From the NCBI GenBank assembly GCA_003222115.1, contig QHUL01000069.1:12417-76416 (forward strand): a stretch of DNA of 64,000 bases, written 5' to 3'. The stretch's first letter is position 1; each line of letters opens with the position of its first letter. The notes beneath the pieces are model-generated. The model saw only the letters and a program-made list of their open reading frames with translations. It did no database searches and was not told the DNA's origin. A program made the translations under genes and the position numbers. Below, piece by piece: positions 34,602-42,697 of the stretch. The stretch is from Gemmatimonadota bacterium (GTDB lineage Bacteria; Gemmatimonadota; Gemmatimonadetes; Gemmatimonadales; GWC2-71-9).

Positions 34602-35798
34602 CTAGAGGTCCCCCTTGTAGAGCAGCAGGTTCGGCGTGCCGCCCGGATTGCCCGTGATCACCCCCGTCGTGGCGTTGCCGATGATCCAATTCGACACCGT
34701 GGCCGAGGCCGCGTCGCCGAACGTGGCCTTGTAGAGCGCAGCGGTACCGGTGACGTGGGGCGTCGCCATCGACGTGCCGCTGAGCGTCATGGTTGCGCCC
34801 AGGAGCCAGTCGGACTTGATGGCCGACCCCGGCGCGTACGCCTCCACGCAGATCCCCCAGTTCGAATACGACGCCTTCGCGTCGGTCTTCTCCGAGGCGG
34901 CCACCGTGAACACCCCGCTCGCACCGGCGGGAGACGAGTTGCACGCGTCGGCGTTGTCGTTCCCCGCCGCCACGGCAAGAAACACGCCCGAGTTCCAGAG
35001 GTTCGTGACCGCCGTGTTGAGCGCCGCCGAGCTGCCCCCGCCCAGCGACATGTTGGCCACGGCCGGGCTCTGATGGTTCGCCGTCACCCAATCCACCCCG
35101 GCGATCACGTCCGAGGTGAAGCCGACTCCGGCGCAGCCTAACACCCGCACACCGTGCAGCGAGACGCCCTTCGCCACGCCGTAGGTCGCCCCGCCGACGG
35201 TGCCCGCGACGTGGGTGCCGTGGCCGTTACAGTCCTCGCCGATGGCGACGAGATCGAGGGTGAGCGCGTCGTACACGTTGTCGGCCCGGCCGCCGAAGTC
35301 CGGGTGGAGCGTCCAGATGCCCGTGTCGATGATGTAGGCCTGCACGCCGGCGCCGTCCGACGTATAGGTGTACGCGCCGGAGAGCGGGAGCGCCTGCTGA
35401 TCGATCCGGTCGAGCCCCCAGGGGTCGCCGTTCGCGTCCATCGCCTCGGTCCCGTCCGCCCGGATTGTCTGATCGGGCTCAACGTAGGCCACGAGCGGCT
35501 CCAGCCGCAGCAGTGGCACTGCAGCATCCGGCAGGGTCGCGGCGAAGCCCTTGAGCGCGGCCGTGTACGTGTGCAACAGCGAGCCGTTGTACGTGGCGAC
35601 GAGGGTCTGCGCCAGGCCGATCGGGTCCGTAACCCCGTCGGTGAACACGACGATGTAGCGAGCGGCGCTCGGCTCCGGGAGGCCGGGCAGCCCGATGGCT
35701 GCGGGCGCCCCGCCGGCTTGGAACGGGGTCGAGGTGTCCTGACATGCGGCGAGAAGCAGGGCCGCAGTGAGGAGAGCGGCGCGGCGGAACTGGTTCAT
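34602..35798 (-). CDS. Secreted subtilisin-family (S8) peptidase with I9 propeptide
   Basis: ATG 35798 with a signal peptide. Catalytic triad context YIIDTGI, HGTHVAGT, GTSMATPHV. Confidence 0.9.
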   Translation of the reverse strand: MNQFRRAALLTAALLLAACQDTSTPFQAGGAPAAIGLPGLPEPSAARYIVVFTDGVTDPIGLAQTLVATYNGSLLHTYTAALKGFAATLPDAAVPLLRLEPLVAYVEPDQTIRADGTEAMDANGDPWGLDRIDQQALPLSGAYTYTSDGAGVQAYIIDTGIWTLHPDFGGRADNVYDALTLDLVAIGEDCNGHGTHVAGTVGGATYGVAKGVSLHGVRVLGCAGVGFTSDVIAGVDWVTANHQSPAVANMSLGGGSSAALNTAVTNLWNSGVFLAVAAGNDNADACNSSPAGASGVFTVAASEKTDAKASYSNWGICVEAYAPGSAIKSDWLLGATMTLSGTSMATPHVTGTAALYKATFGDAASATVSNWIIGNATTGVITGNPGGTPNLLLYKGDL

Positions 35799-35943
35799 GA
35801 CGCTGACCTTCCCTGAGCGGGTCCGGCCGTTCACGGGCAAGTTCCGTTCCGTGTGCCGGGCGGTGCGGCCCCGCGCCCAGCCGTCATCCGAGCATAGAAG
35901 GTCCGCAACCCTGTGGCGTGCGTGCTACGGAGCCCTGCGCCGC

Positions 35944-37173
35944 TCAGCCCGTCATCACGATCACCCCGAGACCCCAGACCAGCGTCAACAGCGTGACCGG
36001 AATGCCGACCCGCGCATACTCCCAGAAGCCGATGTGCACGCCCCGCGTCTCCGCCCGCTCCGCCACGATCAGGTTCGCCATGGAGCCGATCAGGAGCAGG
36101 TTGCCGGCGAACGTGGAGCTCATCGCGACGACCCGCCATACGAGGTGGGGGTCGGGCAGCTGCGGCACCGTATTCCGCCACAGCATCACCGCCGGCACGT
36201 TCGAGATCAGGTTCGAGAGCACGGCCATTACTCCGGTCACGACGCCCGCCACGCTCCACGCCGATCCGGCCTGCACGAGAGCGAGGGCGTGCCGGTCGAT
36301 CCACGCCACCGCCCCGGTCTGTTCGAACCCCCGCATCACGACGAACAGCGACGCGAAGAAGAGCAGCAGGGACCACTCCACCCGGTCGATGGCGTACGCT
36401 GGGTCCCGCTGCGCGATCGCGACCATGAGCGCGCCGGCCGAAATGGCGACGAGCGGGAGCGGGCCGCCGGCGAGCCACGCGACGACGGCCGCCCCGAATA
36501 CCGCCAGGCCCTTCGTGACGAGCGGCCGGTCGAGAACCACCGGCACCGCGGCGAGGCGCTCGCGAAACGGCTCGCGCAACTCCGCGGCGTAGGCCCAGCG
36601 CAACCAGCCGTACGTGATGGCGAGCCCGCCCAGCGCGACCGGCACCATGTGGACCAGGAACCCGCCGAACGTCGCGCCGCTCCAGATCCCGACGAGCATG
36701 TTCTGCGGGTTCCCCGTGACCGAGAGCACGGAGCCGACGTTCGAGCCCATGGCGAGCCCGATGAGGTAGGGGGTCGGCCGCACCCGCAGCGGCCCCAGGG
36801 CGGCGAGCAAGACGGGGGTGACGACGAGGCAGATCGTGTCGTTCACGAACAGCGCCGACAGCAGGCCACCGCCCACCACGATGCCGAGCAGGAGCCGCTG
36901 CGGGGTCGGGGCGCGCTGGAGGATCCATTCGGCGGCCCACTCGAAGAACCTTCCGACCTCGAGGTAGCCGACGACGAGCATCAGGCCCAAGAGGAACACG
37001 AGGACGTCGAAGTCCACGGCGGCGTAGGCGTCGACCAGCGGCAGCACTCCGAAGACGACCATGGCCACGGCGCCGAGCAGGCTCGCCGCCGGTCGGTTGA
37101 GGTGGACGAAGGGGAGCCGCTGAACGGCGATGAGAACGTAGGTAGCGGCGAAGATGACGAGGCCGGTGGTCAT
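35944..37173 (-). CDS. ArsB/NhaD-superfamily permease (citrate transporter-like)
   Basis: ATG 37173. Polytopic. ...LFVNDTICLVVTPV..., VTGNPQNMLV. The track ORF start 37233 lies inside the hairpin and is probably spurious. Confidence 0.75.
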   Translation of the reverse strand: MTTGLVIFAATYVLIAVQRLPFVHLNRPAASLLGAVAMVVFGVLPLVDAYAAVDFDVLVFLLGLMLVVGYLEVGRFFEWAAEWILQRAPTPQRLLLGIVVGGGLLSALFVNDTICLVVTPVLLAALGPLRVRPTPYLIGLAMGSNVGSVLSVTGNPQNMLVGIWSGATFGGFLVHMVPVALGGLAITYGWLRWAYAAELREPFRERLAAVPVVLDRPLVTKGLAVFGAAVVAWLAGGPLPLVAISAGALMVAIAQRDPAYAIDRVEWSLLLFFASLFVVMRGFEQTGAVAWIDRHALALVQAGSAWSVAGVVTGVMAVLSNLISNVPAVMLWRNTVPQLPDPHLVWRVVAMSSTFAGNLLLIGSMANLIVAERAETRGVHIGFWEYARVGIPVTLLTLVWGLGVIVMTG

Positions 37174-37250
37174 GCGAGTGCGGAGTGCGGAATTCGGAAT
37201 GCGGAGTTCCCGCGGAAACTCCGCATTCCGCACTCCGCATTCCGCATTCG
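37174..37250. repeat. Tandem-heptamer hairpin (unit TGCGGAR) filling the GNAT-stop to permease-start gap
   Basis: Left arm 37174-37208, 8-nt loop, right arm 37217-37250. About 80 percent of positions pair by eye. Confidence 0.9.
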
Positions 37251-37251
37251 G

Positions 37252-38220
37252 TCAGATCTCCCAGTTCGAGAACAGCACGCCGTGGGCCGGGGGCTGCTCG
37301 GGGTAGCCGTCCTGGGTCATCCGCAAGTCGGTCCAGCGGACGCGGTAGCCGCGGGCGATGAGGCGGCGGAACGCGTCGGTGTAGCGCGTCTGGCAGCGCA
37401 CGCCGACGCGGCGGATGCCGGCGCGGGCCGCCGCCGCCTCCACGGCCACGATGGCGGCGTCGAACGCCCGCTCGTCGCGCGCGGCCAGCTTGAGGATGCG
37501 CACCTCGTCCTTGGGCCGCCCTTCCGCGAGCGGGGCCGAGTGCCACAGCACCATGGCGCCGAGCCCACCCTGGCCTTCCACCAGGGAGGTGTCGCCCAGC
37601 CCCAGCTCGGCCGTGAGCAGGATCTCGCGCGTGAAGTCGCAGCCGCGCGCCAGTGCCCCGACGAGGTCCCGCACCGCATCGAGGACCTGCGTCTGCGCGC
37701 GGCCCTGCCGCGCCGAGAGCAACACCGGCGGGCGGTGCCCGCGGGTCGCGATGTCGTTCGTCATCGTCACGGTGAGATGTCCGGGGACGAAGCCGACCTG
37801 GGCGTAGAAGCCGATGTTCTCGACGGTGCGCGGCATCGTCTCGAGACCCAGCGTCGTGACGCCCTGCTCGATCAGCCAATCGGCCGCCGCGCGCACGATG
37901 GTCTTGCCCACGCCGCTCCCCTGCCGGTCGGGCCGTACCGCGAGCGGACCCATCCACCCCTCCAGCCCCGACCGGTGCGCGATGTTGAACGCCGCGACCT
38001 GGTCGGTCTCGTCGCGCCACAGCATCGCCCCATCGCCCGCGTCGAGCAGCGCGTAGCGCCACACGTCGGGATTGAGCTGCGGCACGCGCACGCCCACCAG
38101 GCCGTCGCGGCGGTAGCGGTCCGTGAAGGCTTCCGCGAACACCCGGTTCAGCCCGTCGATGTCGCGCTCGCCGGCCCGCTCGGGTCCGTAGACCTGCCGC
38201 TCAGGCAGCCACGCCCGCAT
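37252..38220 (-). CDS. GNAT-family N-acetyltransferase, two-domain
   Basis: ATG 38220 overlaps the sbcC end by 20 nt. LAVRPDRQGSGVGKTIV acetyl-CoA loop. Confidence 0.75.
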   Translation of the reverse strand: MRAWLPERQVYGPERAGERDIDGLNRVFAEAFTDRYRRDGLVGVRVPQLNPDVWRYALLDAGDGAMLWRDETDQVAAFNIAHRSGLEGWMGPLAVRPDRQGSGVGKTIVRAAADWLIEQGVTTLGLETMPRTVENIGFYAQVGFVPGHLTVTMTNDIATRGHRPPVLLSARQGRAQTQVLDAVRDLVGALARGCDFTREILLTAELGLGDTSLVEGQGGLGAMVLWHSAPLAEGRPKDEVRILKLAARDERAFDAAIVAVEAAAARAGIRRVGVRCQTRYTDAFRRLIARGYRVRWTDLRMTQDGYPEQPPAHGVLFSNWEI

Positions 38221-40630
38221 CGCCCGCTCCGAGGATGGCGGTGTCGTCGCGCACTACGCTCGCGCCGCGCGCGGCGTCGTACTCCACCCGGATCACCCGG
38301 TCCAGCCCTTCGCGCACCTGCTCAATGTGCGTGATGAGAATCACCTGGGGGAAGCGGTCCCCCAGGCGGCGCAACAGGGAGACGACGTGCTGGCGGCGGG
38401 ACTCATCGAGCGAGCCGAAGATCTCGTCCAGCACGAGCAACGACAGCGGTTGCCCCGCGCGCTCGGCGATCATCTGGGAGATGGCGAGCCGCAGCACCAG
38501 GTTGGCCACGTCCTCCTCACCGCCTGAGAGCACCGGCTTGGCGATGCCGTCGTCGAGGACGGTGATCACGTAGTCGTCGTTCAGGTCCACGGCCTCGTAG
38601 CGGCCGTCGGTGAGGTCGGCGAGGAAGCCGGAAGCGAGCTCGGCGATTTCGGGCCGCATGGCGGCGTTCAGCTCGCCCCGCAGGTCGGAGAAGGCCTTGT
38701 CGAGCTCGTGGTGCAGCCGCTCCTCGCTTCGCCGTTCCGCGATCTGGCGCTCGCGGGCGGCCCGCTCCCGCTCGCGCCGCTCGACCTCGTGGACGCCCGC
38801 CTCCGCCGCGACGAGCTCACCGCGCGTCTCCGCGACGGCGAGCTCGGCCTCCCGCAGCGCACGCGCCGCCTGGTCGTGCCGCTCCCGCGCCGCGGCGAAC
38901 GCCTGCTCCGAGAACCGCTCCGCCGCTACCGCCGCAGCGAGCTCCTCCGCGCGCCGCTCGTGAGTCGTGAGGGCCTGCTCCGCGAGCTCGGCCTCCCGCA
39001 CCAGGACTTCCGCCCGCTCGGCCCGCGCCGCGAGCTTCGCCGCCTCGAGGACGACGGGTTCGAGCCGGGTGAGCTCGGCCCGCACCGCGTCGTGGCGCTG
39101 CGAGTCGTAGCCGGTGGGGCGGGCGCCAAGCTGGGCCTCGAGGTCCCGAGCCCGCCGCTCCGCCCCCGCCCGCTCCTGCGTCGCGCGGGTGAGCTCCTGC
39201 GCCTGGGCGCGCAGCTCGCCGGCGCGCTCGCTGGCCCGGCGGCTGACGTCCCGCAGGGCGTCCCGCTCGGCCTCGGCCGTCGTCACCGCCGCGGGCGGCT
39301 GGGCCAGCTGCTCCAGCCGCTGGCGGAAAAACTTGCCGTCGTCCACGATGGCCTGCAGCTGCCGGTCGAGGATGCCGAGCACCGCACCGTGCTCCGCCCC
39401 GAGCGGCCGACGGCAGGTCGGGCATTCGCCCTCGGGCCCGAGCAGCTCGATCTTGTCCCGTTGCTCCTTCAGATCGTCGTACTGGCGGAGCAGCTCCGTG
39501 CGGCGGGTCGCCGCGTATTCCTTCTCCCGCACCCACACCGCGCGCTGCTCCGCGGCGGTGCGCTCCGCCGCCTCCAACCGCTGCGCCAGCGCCAGCACCT
39601 CGCGCTCCGCGTCGGCGAGCGTCGCCGTGGCCGTCCGGAGCGCGTCGATGCGGCGGTCCAGGGCGGCCATCGAGCGGCGCAGCTCCTCGAGCTGCCCCTC
39701 GTCGGCACGCCGCGCCGCTTCCTCCTGCTGCAGCCGCTCCAGCTCGCCCAGCTCGCGCTTGAGCCGCTCCACCGGCTCGAGCTCCGGCCCGAGATGCTTG
39801 AGCTGCTCCCGCGCGTTGAGCGCGTCGGCGAGCTCGCGATCGAGCCGCTGGCACTCCTGTCGCGCCACCGTGACGGCCTGGTCGGCCATCCGCCGGTCGC
39901 CGTCCAGCGAGCGCACCCGCTTCTCCCGCTCCACCCATTCCTTCCACTCGGGCTCCACGCGCGCGAACTGACGCTCCGCCGCCGCGCGCTGGCCGTCCGC
40001 CGCCTGCGCCGCGCGTCGCACCTCGTCGAGCCGCGCAGCGGCCGTCGTGCGCTCCGCCTCGAGCCGCGCGCTCTCGGGCAGACCCGCCTCGAGCCCGCGC
40101 AGCTCGCTCGCGAGCGCGTTGCGCCGCTCGCGCACGCGCTCCTGGGCGAGCCGCAGCCGGTCGTACCCCAGCACGCGCGACAGGAACGCCGCCCGGTCCG
40201 TCTTGCCCAGGCTCGCCATCACCGCCAGCTCTTTCTGCCCGGTGAAGTAGGTGTTGAAGAACTCGTCGTGGCGCATCCCCAGGACGCGCTCCAGCCCGGT
40301 CGTGACTTCCGTGAGCGAGTTCGCCACGACGACGCCATCCTGGTACAGCTCGGCGCCGTGGAGCCCCCGCACGACGCGATACTCGTGCGCCCCGAGCCCG
40401 AACTCCAGCTCCACGCGGACGCTCGTGCGCGGCTTCGCCCGCAGGTTACGGATCCCGTCCTTGTCGCCTCGCGCCGCCGCGTTGCCGTAGATCGCCCAGG
40501 CGATCGCCTCGAGCAGCGTCGACTTGCCGGAGCCGTTTGGGCCGATGATACCCGTGATTCCGGGCCCCACCACGATCTCGCAGTCCGCGTACTGCCGGAA
40601 GTTGACGAGGCGCAGCCGGTGCAGCCGCAT
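38201..40630 (-). CDS. sbcC: Rad50/SbcC-family ATPase
   Basis: Walker A GPNGSGKST. Long coiled coil with CPTC zinc hook. LSGGEEDV, LLVLDEIF. Confidence 0.9.
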   Translation of the reverse strand: MRLHRLRLVNFRQYADCEIVVGPGITGIIGPNGSGKSTLLEAIAWAIYGNAAARGDKDGIRNLRAKPRTSVRVELEFGLGAHEYRVVRGLHGAELYQDGVVVANSLTEVTTGLERVLGMRHDEFFNTYFTGQKELAVMASLGKTDRAAFLSRVLGYDRLRLAQERVRERRNALASELRGLEAGLPESARLEAERTTAAARLDEVRRAAQAADGQRAAAERQFARVEPEWKEWVEREKRVRSLDGDRRMADQAVTVARQECQRLDRELADALNAREQLKHLGPELEPVERLKRELGELERLQQEEAARRADEGQLEELRRSMAALDRRIDALRTATATLADAEREVLALAQRLEAAERTAAEQRAVWVREKEYAATRRTELLRQYDDLKEQRDKIELLGPEGECPTCRRPLGAEHGAVLGILDRQLQAIVDDGKFFRQRLEQLAQPPAAVTTAEAERDALRDVSRRASERAGELRAQAQELTRATQERAGAERRARDLEAQLGARPTGYDSQRHDAVRAELTRLEPVVLEAAKLAARAERAEVLVREAELAEQALTTHERRAEELAAAVAAERFSEQAFAAARERHDQAARALREAELAVAETRGELVAAEAGVHEVERRERERAARERQIAERRSEERLHHELDKAFSDLRGELNAAMRPEIAELASGFLADLTDGRYEAVDLNDDYVITVLDDGIAKPVLSGGEEDVANLVLRLAISQMIAERAGQPLSLLVLDEIFGSLDESRRQHVVSLLRRLGDRFPQVILITHIEQVREGLDRVIRVEYDAARGASVVRDDTAILGAGDAGVAA

Positions 40631-41820
40631 CAGCCCGCCTCCCCCGTCGCCTCGCGGCCGACCTGCTCCAGGTACTCGACCCCCAGGCGGACCAACGCCT
40701 CCCGATCGAGCGACGCGTCGAGCGGCCGCCGGCTCAGGAACTCACGCAGCGTGTCGGGCAGCGTGTGGCGCCGCCCGGGGCCGCCGACGCCGACGGTCCG
40801 GCGCTCCTCCGGCCGCCGCACGTCGAGCTGGAAGTTGAGCGCCCGGGACTTGTAGTGACGAATCGCGGCGTGGTCCAGGTCGCGCGCCGTGCCGCGCGAC
40901 ACGTCGTACACGACCAGCCGCACCACCTGGTCCTCGAACGTCGGATCGGCCGCGGCCACGCGCTGCGCGATGCGGGCGTCGAGCTCCTTGGCGCTGAGCC
41001 CCGCCCCCTGGATCGGCGGCAGGTCGACCAGGCGCCGCGATCCGGGGATCGGCCGAAAGGTCGTGCGGGCCCCCGGCAGGTCCACCAGGAGGTAGCCCTT
41101 TCCCGGTCGGCCGTGCTCTGCCTCGTCCTTCAGTTCGCCCCAGGCGTTGGGACTCACGTGCTCCAGGCTCCCCGAGTACCAGGCGTTGGCCGCGACCTCG
41201 TGGCACACGTGATAGTGCCCCAGCGCGACGTAGTCCCACTGCGCGGGCGCGAGGTCCTGGGTGGTGAGCAGAGCCCCGCCGTACTCCGCCGCGCTGCGGT
41301 CCCCGCCGATCACACCCTCCACCTCGCCGTGCACCAGCAGCACGTTGCGCGTCGTGGCGTCACGCCGCTCGGGCCGCAGCGCCGGTCGCTCCTCGCTCAG
41401 GAGCGCCTGGTGGGGCACCGCGAGGACCGAGCAGTCCAGTTTCGGGAACACGATGCGGCGCGCCCGTTCGATCACGACTTCGACCCCGAGCGCCTCGTAC
41501 AGACGCAGGATCGTCCCGGTCTCGACCGAGCGGGGCGTGTCGTGATTGCCGGCGATCAGCACGACGGGGGTCTCCGGGAGCGCCACGCGCACGCGCTGCA
41601 GCTCCCGGAACAGGAACAGGATCGCCGGGTTGGTGGGGCGGACGGAGTGGAAGATGTCCCCGGCGAGGAGGATCAAGTCCGGGCGCTGCGCCACGAGGTC
41701 GTCCACGGCGCGGCGGAACGCGTCCGCCACGTCGACCTCGCGCTGATTGCCGCCCCGCGCCGTCTGCCGGTCGTACTGGCGGAAGCCGAGGTGGAGGTCG
41801 GCGAGGTGGGCGAGCTTCAC
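40630..41820 (-). CDS. sbcD: Mre11/SbcD-family nuclease
   Basis: DLHLG, GDIFH, GNHD, LGHYH phosphoesterase motifs. Stop overlaps the sbcC ATG. Confidence 0.9.
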   Translation of the reverse strand: MKLAHLADLHLGFRQYDRQTARGGNQREVDVADAFRRAVDDLVAQRPDLILLAGDIFHSVRPTNPAILFLFRELQRVRVALPETPVVLIAGNHDTPRSVETGTILRLYEALGVEVVIERARRIVFPKLDCSVLAVPHQALLSEERPALRPERRDATTRNVLLVHGEVEGVIGGDRSAAEYGGALLTTQDLAPAQWDYVALGHYHVCHEVAANAWYSGSLEHVSPNAWGELKDEAEHGRPGKGYLLVDLPGARTTFRPIPGSRRLVDLPPIQGAGLSAKELDARIAQRVAAADPTFEDQVVRLVVYDVSRGTARDLDHAAIRHYKSRALNFQLDVRRPEERRTVGVGGPGRRHTLPDTLREFLSRRPLDASLDREALVRLGVEYLEQVGREATGEAG

Positions 41821-41824
41821 GGGC

Positions 41825-42697
41825 TCACTTTCGGTCGGTGAGCTCGAGGGAAGTCCTCTGCTCCAGCGCCATCGTCATCCCGGCCGGGCCGAGCTGACCC
41901 CCGCTCGCGGTGATGCGCATCGTTCCGCTCATCGTCGAGCCGAGCGGTGCCCCTTTCGACACCGAGAACTGCCGCTCGCCCGTCAGCGTGCCGGAAAACC
42001 GCAGCGTGGAGGTCTGCCCCTGCTGGGTGACCGTGACGGGGTCGGTCGGGAACGACGTCTCCACCGCGAGCACGACGGTGGTGTCGGCGCCCGCGATCTG
42101 GAGCTGCTTCACGGTCAACTTGCTCTTCGCCTTGAGCGGCGCGCTCGTACTCACGATCTGGGAGATGGGCAGCTCCGTCTCCGACGTCCAGGAGTCACCG
42201 ACCCCCACCGGCTCGGTGGGCAGCGGGAACGCCATGTTCTTGACGCTCTTCGCCATCTGGTCGGTGATCGGCGAGGGCGTCCCGGCCACCCCGCGGAACT
42301 CGGCCCGCACGACGTTCATGCGGTCGTCGTACACGATCGTGCTGGTGAGGCCGCGCATCCGGTCGAGGGCCGGCTTCATCGCGTCGGGACCCATCATCGG
42401 CGACTCGAGCGTCGTGGAGTCGAACTTCACGGTGACGCCGATGCCCCCCTCCGTCGGCCCGGCCACGGATTGGGTGTAGTACATCCGCATCGTGAACGCC
42501 TGGCCCGGCATCCGCGCCATCGGCCCCGTCTCGAACTTGATGGAGTTCTGCTGCTCGAGCCGGTAGCGGTAGGCCGCGCCCGCCGGGGGATGGAACCGGA
42601 GCGCGATTTTGGGCCCGCTCGCCCTGTCGCAGCCCGTCGAGGCGAGCAGGCCGGCGAGGGCGAAGGGGCGGGCGGCGGTCATGAGCGCTCCGGGCAT
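41825..42697 (-). CDS. Putative lipoprotein of unknown function
   Basis: ATG 42697 overlaps the herA stop. FALAGLLASTGC signal and lipobox-like sequence. Beta-rich, no nucleic-acid motifs. Confidence 0.6.
   Translation of the reverse strand: MPGALMTAARPFALAGLLASTGCDRASGPKIALRFHPPAGAAYRYRLEQQNSIKFETGPMARMPGQAFTMRMYYTQSVAGPTEGGIGVTVKFDSTTLESPMMGPDAMKPALDRMRGLTSTIVYDDRMNVVRAEFRGVAGTPSPITDQMAKSVKNMAFPLPTEPVGVGDSWTSETELPISQIVSTSAPLKAKSKLTVKQLQIAGADTTVVLAVETSFPTDPVTVTQQGQTSTLRFSGTLTGERQFSVSKGAPLGSTMSGTMRITASGGQLGPAGMTMALEQRTSLELTDRK

Noticed and set aside
35767-38334. 855-aa plus-strand ORF. Similar ones occur at 35831-38062, 38708-40855, 38817-39947, 42739-44724, 55703-57367 and 58872-60371.
   Set aside because: Same reasoning. 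They overlap well-supported genes (permease, GNAT, sbcC, herA, gcvP, SBP) and have Arg/Pro/Gly-dominated composition without domains.
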